Shown: in pieces, positions 39,661 through 54,120 of the stretch | How the letters are laid out: every line of letters starts with the position of its first letter | Position numbering within the stretch: the first letter of the stretch is position 1 | Assembly: GCF_020745735.1 (NCBI RefSeq) | Contig: NC_083426.1 | Location: 20,584,001 to 20,648,000, forward strand | Direction of reading: 5' to 3' | Length of the DNA stretch: 64,000 nucleotides | From: Hemiscyllium ocellatum | Taxonomy: Eukaryota | Program-made: the position numbers and the translations under genes | Notes under the pieces: model-generated | Told to the model about the DNA's origin: nothing | What the model saw: only the letters and a program-made list of their open reading frames with translations | The model's database searches: none

Positions 39661-40215
39661 GCTTCAGACCTGCCTGCCTTTGTATCGAGCAAAGTGAATT
39701 TTACTTTGACTAGAGGCAGCTTGACAGAACTTCACGGGTTGCTAACTTGTTTACCTTTAAATTCTCCGTTTTTTTGGGGGGGGGTCACGCTTATGAATCA
39801 ATAATACAAAGTGATTAAACGCTAGCATCTCGCTTCTGACGATACGTTTTGTGCGGCTCAATGAAGCACTCCAGCCTCCGAGTTTTCCATGGACGAGAGT
39901 TAATTTGTACTGCAACATAGCCATCTTCGGTGTGAAGGGACTGCCTAAAAAGACAAGTTTTTCGTTTCAGGTGCCAATCCCTGGATTTGTGTTCTAATCC
40001 TGCAGATGATCCACTGTCCTTGTGTTGGGATACTGTGTTGTCCAATGAGGAGTCATGCTATTATGTAGTACAGAAAGAGCACCTCTGGTCCATCATGTCG
40101 AAACTGGTCATCAAGCACCTATATACCCTAATTTCGCAGCACTTGGCATGTTGGCTTCAAGTGATCATCTAAATACTTCTTAAATGCTACAATGCTACAT
40201 GTTTCAGCACCCTTT

Positions 40216-41698
40216 CAATAGACAATAGGTGCAGGAGTAGGCCATTCTGCTGTTCGAGCCTGCACCACCATTCATTATGATCATGGCTGATCATCCTCAA
40301 TCAGTATCCTGTTCCTGCCTTATCTCCATAACCCTTGATTCCACAATCCTTGAGAGCTCTATCCAACTCTTTCTTAAATGAATCCAGAAACTGGGTCTCT
40401 ACTGCCCTTTGGGGCAGAGCATTCCACACACCCATCACTCTCTGGATGAAGAAGTTTCTTCTCATCTCTGTCCTAAATGGCCTACCACATATTTTTAAGC
40501 TGTGTCCTCTGGTTCGGGACTTGCCCATCAGTGGAAACATGTTTCCTGCCTCCAGAGTGTCCAATCCTTTAATAATCTTATCTGTCTCAATCTGATCCCC
40601 TCTCAGTCTTCTAAACTCAAGGGTAAACAAGCCCAGTCGCTCCAATCTTTCAACATAAGATAGTCCTGCCATTCCAGGAATTGACCTCGTGAACCTACGC
40701 TGCACTCCCTCAATAGCCAGAATGTCTTCCCTCAAATTTGGAGACCAGAACTGCACACAATACTCCAGGTGTGGTTTCACCAGGGGCCTGTACAGTTGCA
40801 GAAGAACCTCTTTGCTTCCAAACTCAATCCCTCTTGTTATGAAGGCCAGCATGCTATTAGCCTTCTTCACTACCTGCTGTACCTGCATGCTTACCTTCAT
40901 TGACCTGTGTACAAGAACACCCAGATCTCTTTGTACTGCCCCTTTACCTAAATTGATTCCATTTAGGTAGTAATCTGCCTTCTTGTTCTTGCCACCAAAG
41001 TGGATAACCATACATTTCTCCACATGAAACTGCATCTGCCATGCATCTGTCCACTCACCTAACCTGTCCAGGTCACCCTGTAATCTCCTAATAACCTCAT
41101 CACATTTCACCCTGCCACCCAGCTTAGTGTCATCAGCAAATTTGCTAATGTTATTACTAGTACTATCTTCTATATCATTAACATATATTGTAAAAAGCTG
41201 CAATCCCAGCACTGATCCCTGCGGTACCCCACTGGTCACTGCCTGCCATTCCGAAATGGAGCCGTTTATCACTACTCTTTGTTTCCTGTCAGCCAACCAA
41301 CTTTCAATCCAAGTTAGTACTTTGCCCCCAATACCATGTGCCCTAATTTTGCTCACTAATCTCCTATGTGGGACTTTATCAAAAGCTTTCTGAAAGTCCA
41401 GGTACACCACATCTACTGGATCTCCCTCGTCCATCCTCCGAGTTATATCCTCAAAAAATTCCAGAAGATTAGTCAAGCATGATTCCCCCTTCATAAATCC
41501 ATGCTGACTCTGACCTATCCTGTTACTACTATCCAGATGTGTCGTAATTTCATCCTTTATAATAGACTCCAGCATCTTTCCCACCACTGAGGTCAGACCA
41601 ATTGGTCTATAATTTCCTGCTTTCTCTCTCCCACCTTTCTTAAAAAGTGGTCCAACATTAGCCACCCTCCAATCCGCAGGAACTGATCCTGAATCTAT
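40216..41698 (-). mobile_element. Young 5'-truncated CR1 LINE with an uninterrupted RT-to-C-terminus ORF2 segment
   Basis: NYRPIGLTS, LDFQKAFD, GVPQGSVLG and KFADD motifs; (caataga)n tail. Confidence 0.95.
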
Positions 41699-44300
41699 TA
41701 AGATTTTATAAACCTCTATAATGTCACTTCTTAACTTCCTACGCTCCACTGAAAATGTTCTCCTATAACTAAAACTCTCCATTCCTGGCAATATCCTGGT
41801 AAATCTCTAATGAATGTTTTCCAGCTTAATAATATCCTTTCTATAATAGGGTGACCAGAATTGGATATAGTACTTCAGAAGAGGCCTCAATAACATCTTG
41901 TACAACACAAGGTTATAGTCGAACAGGTTCATTTGGAAACACCAGCTTTTGAAGCGCTGCTTCTTCATCAGATGGTTGTGGAGAATAAGATTATAAATCA
42001 CAGAATTTATAGCCACAGGAGTACAATTTTAGATTCATCCTTTCATCTTTTAGAATGGGATGTACTGTTATCTGTTCTTTGATATGTTAATGTAAATATA
42101 ATTTAAAAGAAGTTCTGGGATTTACATTATCAAAGAACAGAAGCTGGTACCCCATTCTAAAAGATGAAAGACTGAATCTAAAATTGGTTTGTGTTTCATT
42201 GCATCTCCATGCCACTGTACTCCTGTGGCTATAAATTCTGTGGCTCATGATCTTATTTTCCACAACTACCTGATGAAAGAGCAGCGCTTTGAAAGCTAGT
42301 GCTTCCAAATAAACCTGTTAGATTATAACCTGGTGTGTGATTTTACACTTTGTCAGCCCAGTCCAAAACTGGCATCTCCAAATCTTGTACAACCTAAGCA
42401 TAATGTCCCAATTCCTATATTTAAAGGTCTGACCAATGGAGGCAAACATGCTAAATGCCTTCTTGACTGCCCTATCTATATGTGACACAAACTTCAAAGA
42501 ATTATATACCTGAACCCCTAGATCCCTCTGTACAACACTACTCAAGGCCCAATATTTAATTGTATAAATCGTGCTCTTGTTTGTTTGACCAAAATGCAAT
42601 ACCTCACATTTATTTAAATTAAACGCTATCTGTCACTCTTCAGCCCATTGGCCCATAGTGATAGTGATGGTACTTAATTTCTCTCCCATATCCTTTAGTA
42701 TTTCTGGAATGTTTGAATTATCTTCCACTGTAAAGACTGATGCACAATATCTTGTAAACTCTTCTGTCATTTCTTTGTTCCCCAAAACTATCTCCCCAGA
42801 TTCATTTTTTAAGGGATCAATGTTCACTTTGACCCCTTTCTTCCTTGTTATGTACTTAAGCTCTTAGTGCTAGTTTTTATATTCTTCATTAGTTTGACCT
42901 CGTTTATTTTCTCTACCTATTATTCTATCCTGTCATTGTACTACCTTCCTTGTTAGTCCTCCCAAAATATATCTCCTTATACGTTTCAGTATTAGATTTC
43001 AATTGCACTGCCTATATTGACCAGTAGTCTAATACTTTCTACCTCACTATTTTCACATCAAACCTTCTGTGTTCGTGTCTAGATCACCAATAAGCACCAA
43101 GAGACCTAGCAACAAGCTGTTCACTGTGTCACTGGAAACAAATTTCCAGTCACAAAAACAACCTTTAACCATTACCCTCTGCATCCAGCTACTAAGTCAG
43201 TTTTTGATCCAATTTTCCAAATTATTTTGGATCCTTTGGGCTCTTACCTTAATCAGTCTCCTGTATTAAACATTGCCAGAGTTTTACACGGGTCCATGGA
43301 GACTGCATCTGCCACACTAACTTTGGCTACACATCAAATCACTACCTTGAAGAACTATGTCAAACCTGTCAGATGTCAACAGCACCTTACAAAGACATGT
43401 TGACTATGCTTGATTAATCTTTGCCTCTCCATGTAAAGACTGATTCAATCCCTCAGAATTTTCTCCAGTAGTTTCCTACCATCCTCACAGTTCCTTGCTT
43501 TATTCCTACCACTCTTCTTGAAAATGATACCAGATTAGTTGTTTTCCCAGTCCTCTGTCACCACTACTGTGTCCAGGGAGGATTTGAAAATTAATGTCAG
43601 GGTCCCCTGTAATCACCATCTTTGACTCCCATGGCAACCTGGGACTCTTGTGAATTTCAGGACTTATCCAGTATTAAACCTGCTAATACTTTCTGTCTTT
43701 CAGTGTTAAATCATTCAAATATAACACAGTTTCTTTCCCTAATTTCCATATCTTGATTGTTTTTCATGACAGTGAATACAGGTGTAAAGTGCTCATTTAA
43801 AATCTTGCCCAAGCCTTCCAGCTCTGCCCACAATTTAATGGTCGTTCCTTAATGGGTCCCACTCTCTTTTCTCATTATCTGCTTGCTCCTAATTTACTCA
43901 TAAATTGTTATTTAATTTTTCTGCCAGTCAATTTTCACCCTCCGCCCTCTGTTTTCTCAAGTAACCCCTAGCTCTTTGTTCACCCTCCATCCTCTGTTTT
44001 CTCAAATAACCCCTAGCTCTTTTTATACACTTATAGGGCTTTAGTGTTTTCAACCATTGGTATCTACCATAAGCTACCCTTTTGTGTATCTCCAATCCTT
44101 CGATATTGAAGGTTCCCTGAAATTTTTTATCTCATTCATCATCTTTGCAGGAACATTTTGGCCCTGCGTGTTGCTCAGTGTTTCCTCTTTAAAGGACTCC
44201 CAATGCTCTGATATAGATTTTCAAAGAAATAATGACTTGCAGTACATTTTGGCCATATGTCATCCTGAAAATGACCTTTCCGAATTCAAATCTTTATTGT
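41699..44300 (-). mobile_element. Older degenerate CR1 fragments
   Basis: RPLLKYYIQFWSP, QRDLGVQV and PLKNESGEIV remnants. Confidence 0.7.
41907..42381. mobile_element. Family-2 Penelope-type foldback element with 12-bp TSD
   Basis: Long inverted arms; atcttgtacaac at 41895-41906 and 42382-42393. Confidence 0.8.
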
Positions 44301-44840
44301 TGGAATGAAACAACTGTGCATAATGAAGATCTGGAATAAAGATAGGAATTGCTAGAGAATCTCAACAGGCCTGCCAATATCTGTAGAGCTTCAGAACTCT
44401 GAAGAATGCTCTCTGGATTCAAAGTGTTAGCTTTATTTCTGGCCCATTTTTGTTTTGTTTCATGACTACCTTAAACCTTAATGAGTCATGGTAATTATCA
44501 GAAATGCTCTCTCTCTCTGACACTCCTGTAGCTTGCCCAACTTTGTCCCCTAAAGTTAGGGCTGTCTATACACCAGCTTTAAAAGCTTTCCTGAATACAG
44601 TTTTAAATATTCAACCCCTAAATATTTCACACTTTTTATATGTCAATTAATAATGGACATGTTGTAATCCCTTACTGTCATCATTGATATTTTTTACACT
44701 TAGGTTTCCTTGCACATCTGCCCTTCAGTCATTTCGTAACTGTTTGGATGTTTATAATACTCTTCTAACTGCTATTGTTCCCTTTTTTGTTTCTAGTTCT
44801 ACCCTTATGGTCTTAATTGAGGAGCCTTCTAAGATATTGT

Positions 44841-45853
44841 CAATAGACAATAAGTGCAGGAGTAGGCCATTCTGCCCTTCGAGCCTGCACCACCATTCAT
44901 TATGATCAAGGCTGATCATCCTCAATCAGTATCCTGTTCCTGCCTTGTCTCCATAACCTTTGATTCCACTATCCTTGAGAGCTCTATTCAACTCTTTCTT
45001 AAATGCATCCAGAAACTGGGCCTCCACTGCCTTCTGGGGCAGAGCGTTCCACACACCCACCACTCTCTGGGTGAAGAAGTTTCTCCTCATCTCTGTCCTA
45101 AATCGCCTACCCCATATTTTTAAGCTGTGTCTTCCGGTTCGGGACTCACCCATCAGCGGAAACATGTTTCCTGTCTCCAGAGTGTCCAATCCTTTAATAA
45201 TCTTATATGTCTCAATCAGATTCCCTCTCAGTCTTCTAAACTCAAGGGTATGTAAGCCCAGTTGCTCCAATCTTTCAACATAAGATAGTCCTGCCATTCC
45301 AGGAATTGACCTCGTGAACCTACACTGCAATAGCCAGAATGTCTTCCCTCAAATTTGGAGACCAGAACTGCACACAATATTCCAGGTGTGGTCTCACCAG
45401 GGGCCTGTACAGCTGCAGAAGAACCTCTTTGTTTCTATACTCAGTCCCTCTTGTCATGAAGGCCAGCATGCCATTAGCTTTCTTCACTACCTGCTGTACC
45501 TACATGCTTGCCTTAATTGACTGGTGTACAAGAACACCCAGATCTCTTTGTACTGCTCCTTTACCTAACTTGACTCCATTTAGGTAGTAATCTACCTTCT
45601 TGTTCTTGCCACCAAAGTGGATAACCATACATTTCTCCACATGAAACTGCATCTGTCCACTCACCTAACCTGTCCAGGTCACCCTGTAATCTCCTAACAT
45701 CCTCATCATATTTCTTGCCACCCAGCTTTGTATCATCAGCAAATTTGCTAATGTTACTATTAATACCATCTTCTATATCATTAATATATATTGTAAAAAG
45801 CTGCGGTCCCAGCACTGATCCCTGCAGTATTTGCTGGTCACCGCCTGTCGTTC
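44841..45853 (-). mobile_element. Second copy of the young CR1 family, with small deletions
   Basis: Closely collinear with 40216-41250; same caatagacaata tail. Confidence 0.93.
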
Positions 45854-45859
45854 CTTACT

Positions 45860-46090
45860 GCAGTAATTGACGCCTTGATTGCTATTGTGACACCACTTCT
45901 TTTTCACTATCTTTGTCACCCTCTTTCCACCTGCAGATTATATACCCCAGAGTATAAGTTGCAGTCCTGTCCCTCAAACTTGTCTCCATGGCAGCCATGA
46001 TGTCGTATTCCCATATGTCAATGATCACTTTTAACTCATCTACCTTACTTGGAACACTCCTTGCATTAAAATAAATGCCATCCAACACTA
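45860..46090 (-). mobile_element. CR1 endonuclease N-terminal remnant
   Basis: YFNARSVPSKVDELK...YDIMAAMETS. Confidence 0.65.
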
Positions 46091-47737
46091 ATGAACACCT
46101 TTGTATCTTAGCTTGATTATAAAAGCTCTGCCTGCCAGTATGACTTTATTTTATATTTATTTCTGTGTCACCCACTATTGTACTTCCTCCACTCAGACCC
46201 CATTCCATTGCCAAATATGTTTAAATTCCATCACCAGCATTCACAAACCCCTTATCAAGTATTTTGACCCATGTGGCTCAAGTGCAACACATCATACTTG
46301 TATATGTCCAGTCTTCCTCAGGTACAGACGAATAACTCAGGAATCTGAAGCCTTTCCTCCAGTGTTTCAGCCGCACATTCATCTGTTGTATGTAATTATT
46401 CTATACTCATTATCCTTCTTTTCAATCTGCTACTAAGCTCTCTAACTGCTGAGTTCTGAAGAAGAGTCTCTGGACCTGAAACATTAAATATGTTTTCTCC
46501 ACAAGTGCTACCAGATGTGCTGTGTTTTTCCAGTAGATTCTGTTTTTGTTTCTGATTTCCAGCATCTGCGGTTCTTTGTTTTATTTCCACAATGTCTTGT
46601 TGCAAGACCTCATTCTTATTTCTCCCTATGTCAATGGTATCAGTGTCAATGGCAGTCAACCGTCTGACTGCCAACCCTTCACCTTCAGAATGCTCTGCAG
46701 TTATCAAGTGATATCTTTCAGCAGGCCCCAGGTGGGCAACGCACCAGTGTGAAGTCATGTCTGTGACCATTGAAACACCTGTCTGTATGCCTGATGATTG
46801 AGTTTTCTACCACTATAGTTCATCTTATCTGTTGTCCCCTTGTGTAGCAGGGCTATGTCTGTACTCCCCAGAGGGAACGGTCATATTTCCTGTTTTCCAG
46901 CACACATTTTGGGTGAAATGCGATTTGCGGGCTTTCTTAAGCACCTGCTTCTGATTGCTGTTCAACTGTTGTTTCTCTGACTGTTCTTACTTACGAACAT
47001 GCTATCCACATAACTCTCAGATTGTTGTGCCTCTAGCCGATGGGAATGTTTTAAAACCTAGCTTTCAGGCTAATCGAACTGATGTCACTCCTGCAGATGT
47101 GGTCATGTAAACTGCCAGGAGCATCTAAGATTTATGACATACTGAAAGCCATATAATGCACAGAATTAAGTTTTCGAACATATTTAATACCTTTAGTTTT
47201 AAAAAGCAACTCACTTATTTTTCATGCTGAGTATACAATTAATTGTTTTATTTTTGAAAGAACTTGCTAGAATTCATACCTTTCCTTAATGCAGCTTTAT
47301 GGTGGACAATAACAATTCCACCACTACTTTCCTGGATTTGGGTTAAAATTCTGGAAGGGGTCTATAACTTTTTCTTAAAGAAACGCTTTCTCAAAATAAA
47401 CAATATCTATCAGTCTGTGCTTTGAAATTTGAAATTCAGAAATTGACATTGATACGTGATGTATGTTTCATCCTAATCCAGAACCCAGCTTGTTTTTCGT
47501 AATTCACACATTTACCAATTTACATAAGTTTTAAACAGCCTATAAAGAACAAAAAAAAGTGGGAATATAGTTGGTGAAAATGCTAATATAGAGAAATACA
47601 AGACAAGAACAAAGTGCAGGATATCAAGAATGATGTTGAACAGAAGAGATTTTGGAGTTAAAGATTGGTCTCTAAGCTACCTAAAACTTTTATGTTACTG
47701 AAATAATGAGCATAATTGTGTTTTTTTTGTTTTAAAG

Positions 47738-47938
47738 GTGACTGTAGCAAACCTCCGCTGTTGGAAAATGGATTCCCAACAAACAAATTTACTCCTGAGA
47801 CCTTGTTTGGTGTGGGTACAGAGATCACTTATAAGTGTAATTTAGGCTATGTATTTAAGAAAGAAATGTTAAATGGTTCAAGATCTGTTAATTGCAAGGA
47901 AGATTCAACATGGACACCACTGGAGGTCATTTGTGAAC
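47738..47938 (+). CDS. Gene 2 exon 2, CCP1
   Basis: 201 nt, AG/GT; DCSKPPLLENG...YKCNLGY...CKEDSTWTPLEVICE. Confidence 0.93.
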
Positions 47939-48564
47939 GTAAGTAATGAGTCATTTGATTTTACCCTATTCCTTTCTCCTTGCCCATTCTTTTACTTAAA
48001 AAGTGACTCCTGCTGGAGCAAGTGCATTTTCATGAGTAACTCTCTAGTACTTAGTTTTGAAGTTCAATGTTAACATATGTGCATTTGTTCTTTACCTATG
48101 AAATATGTGTCTTACCTCTGACTCTTAGGTAAGGACAAACTGAATACAATTGATGTATCAAAAGTGCTTCAACCTTAATACTCATTAAATTTGGAAGCAA
48201 GGTCTATCCATGGAAAGGTTAGACTACAAATTGAGGCATTTTAGTTACTCTATGCCTAATTGCCTTTTGTTGTATGTTAGTATTCCTAAATGATATTTTT
48301 TTTAAGCTGAAAAAAGCAGGAAAGGAAGGGAGCTTACACCGCTTAAAAAATTGCATCTTCTCAGTATTTACTGAAACTTTATTATAATTTATGACTTGTA
48401 AATTTAGAAACGGAGTCAGTGCAGATTTCTCTTCCCTGCTACTTTGGCTTTCATTTTTAAAATTCAACCAGATCTGTGTTTGTTGAGTACTGGACTATAA
48501 ATTTTGCTAAACCTGTAAAAGTCACCAGTTAAACCACACCCAGAATACTATTAACAAATTTGGT

Positions 48565-50490
48565 CCCTTGTTCAAAGGAAAGGAAGGCTGGCATTGAAGG
48601 CAATCCAGAGCAGGCTCCAGAGATTGATACCTGTTATGGAGGTAATATCTTAAGAGAAGTTGAGTAAGTAGGGACTGTACTCATTGGAGTTTAAGAATGA
48701 GATATGACCTTACTGAAACACAAAATTCTAAGGGGGTTTGACAAGGTGGAAAGAGGAATTGTTATTCCCTCCTGGGAGATACCAGGACCAGAGGGTAAAA
48801 TCCCAAAGTATGGGGTCACTCAATTAGGGAAAGAGATGAGAGGAATTTCAACTTTGAAGAAAGAGAATCTGTGGAATTCCTTAAAGCTGTAGAGGCTGGG
48901 TCATTGTGGGCATTCAAGGCTAAGCTAGACACTTTTCTCATCAATAGCAAAATCAAGGGTTAGGAGTCAAAGGCAGGAAAATGGAGTTGAGGCTTATTAA
49001 ATCAGCCATAAACGCATTCAGCCCCCCAATGGGCTGAATAGGTCACTTCTGTTTCCATGTCTTATGTTGAAGAATTACTTAATTCGTTAATCCAGTGATT
49101 GGGACATGATGTATGAAGGATGAAGGATGTACTGCGTATGTTTGAAATCAAAATATGTTATTTTGTTGAATGACTCAGATTTTATATCTCTAGACAAAGT
49201 TTATTGACTTTCTGCATTTCTGTCCGTATTTGTCTGAGGAAACAATTAAATTTAAAATGTCAGCAAAGAATCTTTGACCTTCATTTCTGGAAGCTATTTA
49301 AACTGAGAGGAGAACAATGTACAACTTCAAATAAAAATTGATAATTTGGCGATTGATGTCAGATGAAGTTTAATATGAGGAAGTGAGTTGATACGTTTTG
49401 TTAGAAAGGAGGAGAGACAGCATTAAGTATGCTGCTTTAAAGAATGTGTTTTTGTATAGAAGTCACTGAGTTGACAGGGATGATAAACTTGAGTTTTCAT
49501 GCATGAGTCAAAATAATGCAATATATTGGTACAGGAAATAATTAGGAAGCCTAATACAATGTAATTTATCGAAAAATAATTTAATACAAAAATAGGGAGA
49601 CTATTCTCAGTTATACATTAATGGAGTATTGTGTACAATATTTGGTCACTTTTTTTTAAGCAAGGATGTATTGGATGCAGGTCAGAGAAGGTTTAGCAGA
49701 CTGATACCTAAATGGTATGGGGAAAAATTGGACAGCCTAGACTTTTTTCAACTAGAGTTTAGTAGACTAAGATTGCTTGATTGACATATATGATCTTGGG
49801 GGTTGGGCATGGAGGTGATGCTTCCTCTTCATATGAGAATATAGAATTATTGAAAGATAAGGAGTCCTCCCTTTAAAGCATAAAGTGAATTTGTTTCTCA
49901 TAGTGTCCTGGATCTTTAGGAACTCTCTGCCTCAAATGGCAATGGAAGCAGCTTTGGAAAACTTTCAAGGTGGGGTGGATAGAATCTTGGTAATTGAGGC
50001 TGTGAAAGACTATTGTGTGTTGGCTTGTGGTTACAATCAGATCAGCTTTGAATTTGTTAAGTGGCCTGAGTCTTTTTCATTGTTCATATATAGTCATGAG
50101 GAAAGCTTTGAGAAATTCACACCACTTTTCTTAGAGAGGAGAAGGCTGGAAGATTTGATTGAAGTTTTCAAATTCATGATTAATCTAGAAGGAGAAATTT
50201 GGAGAAATTGTTCCTTCTCATGAACAGATTAAGAATGAAAGGACAGATGTTAAAGTGATTTTCAAAAGAAGTAAACATGATATGTGAAGAATTTTATCAT
50301 TGAGCAAGTGGTTTGGGTCTGGAATGTACTGCCTGGAAGTGTGGTAGAAGCAGATTTAGTTGAAGAATTAGTTTTTTTCCATTAATGTGCAGTTTTAAAG
50401 GAAGAGGCAAATGAGTTGCACTAAGTCATGATGCTCACCCAGAACTAGTGCAGACAAGATGGATTGAGTGGCCACATTCTGTACATAAAA
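48565..50490 (+). mobile_element. Cluster of degenerate CR1 3' fragments
   Basis: KILRGFDKV, NLWNSL and LERRRLEDLIEVFK remnants. Confidence 0.65.
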
Positions 50491-50749
50491 CTTCTGTAAT
50501 TTTGTTAATAAAGATTGCTTTTGTACTTCTGTCTTATTCTGTGGCACAGTTAAAAGGAATCTTAGCAAATTTTTTGGACTGCTAATGGATGGAAAATCTA
50601 GCCCTAAATTCCAGAATTGGGGAAGCCTGTTCTTGGAAATAAGTGTAGATTTGCCTGTACACATGTGTTCAATGAAATTAAAAACTGAAAAGAAAATTCT
50701 GTTGGAGACCTTGGTATTATGCAATACTCTTTCTCTTTTTGCTCTATAG

Positions 50750-50846
50750 CAAAGATATGTGGTAACCCAGGCAAGATAGCAAATGGATATTACGAGGCAC
50801 CAAATGCTACTTTTGGAAGTAAAGTTATTTTTCACTGTGACACAGG
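50750..50846 (+). CDS. Gene 2 exon 3, CCP2a
   Basis: 97 nt, AG/GT; KICGNPGKIANGYYEAPNATFGSKVIFHCDTG. Confidence 0.93.
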
Positions 50847-53107
50847 GTAAGCATTTTGTGTATCAAATCCTGAATGAGGCTGAAGTGACTTTAGTTTTTT
50901 TATATTGTTTAATAATGTCAGGTTGTCTTTCCTGTCTATTTTTCCAAAGATTTACAGTGATTCTGCAACTAACAACCTGATGGTACTCTTTGCCTAATTC
51001 AAATCAACATTATATTTTCTAAAATCCTATGAGGAAATTATGTACAAATGTTGTTGCCATGTAAATCTTCTGAAGGAGTCTATCAGAATTGGTAGTTGGT
51101 CTTTTGAATATTGCTGTTGGCACCTCAGGAAAAATATGCTCATGTGTGAAGAGTGTATGAGCAGTAACCTGTAGACAATAATGATTTGCAACTGAAACAC
51201 ATTGAAATAGAAGTAAAAATGCTATAAGTACTTGGGTTAGATGGCAAATGTGTTGAGGGAAATAATCTACATTTTATGAGCTTGGTCATCACACTGAGTG
51301 AATCTTGCTGGATTGCTTCCCCTGGCTTTGGAACTCGCTGCATCACAGCTAATTGTGAGCTTGTTTACATGGGGACTAATAGAAGCTGCTTGGAAACTGA
51401 GCTGAGAGAACAACTGGGATAAAGAGAAGAGCAAAACAGACTAAGAGAAACAGGGAGAATTTGTTTCAGTCTGTGATATGAGCAGATTTTATAATGTGTT
51501 TTCTTCCAGGAGTCAAGTAGTCTCACCTCTGAGACAACCCTTTCATTTTGTTTTTCTAAATGATTTTTTAGTTTGGAGCTGTCAACTGAGAGCTGAAAAG
51601 TGACCTTCAGACTATGAGCACCAGCTTATGTTTAAAAAAAGCGAACAACTTGTTATTTATTTTTGAGGCCAGGCTTGAGAGTTGCAGGTTGGTTCTTGAC
51701 CAAAGAACTCTGTAAACTCTTTGCTCTGGGGAGGCAGTACGTTTAACCAGATGGCAGATGTTTAGCCATTAACGAGGTCAATACCTGGAAATTAGTTAGA
51801 GCAAGTTTGGGATAGAACATGAAGATCATATGGAGGGAGGACCCCAAGCTTTTTGAACTGTGGATTTCTGAGAGGAGGAGCTTTGTCTGTTGATGCAATA
51901 GCTTGAAGATTTGAAAGCTCACTGCCTAACTTCCCATTATCAACGATTGAAAGTTCAGAAAATAGAAACTAAGTTACAAATATTATTGAATCATCCTCAG
52001 AATGAACTGGAAAAGGTGACATCAATCAACATCTTCAGAAAATCAATCAAGAAACAATTCCATATCCCTGTGAAGCAACACATCATGAAAACTGCTAAAG
52101 TGATCTGGCCAACTTTGTTATTTTTCCTTTTGTTTATTTGATCTCTTAGTTCTGTTTTCTGGCTATGTTTGTGTGATTGGAGCTGTAAAAGGTTATTGTG
52201 TTTAAACCATATACACTAATTAAGTTATTTTATTGTTTAACTTTGCAAAAGTTTCTGTATTGTTAATAAATTGTCAAGGCTTTGATTTAAGCTAAAACCT
52301 GGATTCTAGTGTCAATCATTCAGAGTCTGGTGTTGGCTATTCAAAATGTCTGCGTGGGAACCACTGAACTCACTTGTAAGGGTATTGAGTATTTTAATTT
52401 TACCATGTTGCGAATACAGAATTAGGAAGGTTGAATTGGTTTGGTATATCCTAACAAAAAAATGGCACGTTCTTTTGACCGAAGGATAGAATCTGATGAC
52501 TTCTTACGGTTCACTGATTTTCCTGGTGCCCAAATTGAATTGCTTACAGCTGCAGACTAATGGAAAATGTTCAGTTCTGATTCTAATCTACCTCTCTGAG
52601 TCTTCAGAATGTGATCACAGACCACTTCCTCAGATTTTACAAGGTATTTAGACATGGTACTTGGAATTCTGTCAGGTTTTAGGAACTTCTATTGAGAAAA
52701 AAAGAACAACTTGCACCTTCTGGGCTGTCTTCCTTACTGATTATTTAGGTGTGTAAAACAAAAATCCAAATACAGTTTGCAAGATACCTATTAACATTGA
52801 AGCCTCTGTAATATTTTTTCAAAACCAGGTCCCAGTAATTAAGAACCTCTTAACTCATTGAAAGTTTTGTTTGCATTTTCTCACAAACAGACCTGATATT
52901 TGGAAATAGCAGGTGGCTTGCAGCATATATTAAGTTGTTGACTACATTACTTTTAAAATGTACATGATAATTTATTTTTAGTCCTGGAAAAAAGGCAAAC
53001 TATTCCATGTTTTCTGAATTTTCCACACAGCCCTTAAATAAGTCATTGTTTCAAGCTCAATCATATCTACATTTGTTTTTCTACACTAATTTGTTTTTTT
53101 TTCTTAG

Positions 53108-53181
53108 ATATAAGATGGTGGGTCGAAGTTTTCGGGTTTGTAAAGCTGATGGTTGGGATGGCCAAATCCCAACATGTGAAG
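53108..53181 (+). CDS. Gene 2 exon 4, CCP2b
   Basis: 74 nt, AG/GT; YKMVGRSFRVCKADGWDGQIPTCE. Confidence 0.93.
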
Positions 53182-54120
53182 GTAAGTTATGATCTATATT
53201 CTTTGGGTAGCTGATTTGTATCTCAATGAGCAATTTGGGTTTCTAACTTTGACCTATTGAGGGATGCTGCATGCGATCAGTTTAGACTTTTGTGCCTTGC
53301 ATGACCAAACACAGACCATATCCTTTTTAAAAAAAAATTTCTTTCTTAAAAGGACTTGCGGGGGCATGAAAGAGTTATTCCAGCAAGGAATTATTTCAGC
53401 CCTAGGATTTTTAAACCAAGTCTTTGTCCATTTCTGTGACACATTGGTTTGTTTGGCATTAGCGAGTGCTTATGATGAAGGTGATGGAGACACTTTTCTA
53501 ATATAATAAAGATGGATATCCACAAATCTACACCCTTATGCATTATTATACTAAAGGTCCAAAGATTTTGAATAGTTATGCAATTCAATTTTTGAATGTC
53601 GTGGATTGGTTAAAGTACAGAATAGAACAGAATATCCTTTATTGTCAAGTGTACTACGGGAGTACAGTGAAAAGTTTACAATGTCACTCCACATGGCACC
53701 ACCTTAGGTACAAAGTACCTAGGTACAGATCTTAGATATAAAATACTGAAACAAAGGGGAAAAAAGGAAAATGTTACATTATCCTACAGTTATTCATAGT
53801 ATAAGTTATAAAAATGAGAAGTAAAGTTAAAGATAAGCATTACAGTCTTTGATGGAGACCATGAAACCTATTGTGTCTTGGCCAACTTTGTGAAAAGGCA
53901 AATCAGCTTAAGCCAATTCCCTTTTGAACGTCGTGATTCAATCTGTCTTTACTACAGTCTCAGTCTATGTATTCCAGATTCTAATCGTTTGCTGCTTTTA
54001 AAGGAGAACACTTTTCCTCACGTCACTTATGGTTCTTTTGCCTGAAAATAATGCCGGTGTTTCTTGACCTTTCTACCAATGGGAAGGATTTCAGTCCAAA
54101 CCATTCATAATTTTAAGCCT

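Noticed and set aside
40301-41791. 496-aa ORF, the longest in the window, as a host gene
   Set aside because: It is CR1 ORF2. Its first ~30 aa come from a different, older CR1 fragment fused in frame by chance, and it has no endonuclease domain or promoter.
43945-44022. ~45-bp tandem duplication (also a ~21-bp one at ~33900-33940)
   Set aside because: Ordinary local slippage duplications with no sign of function.
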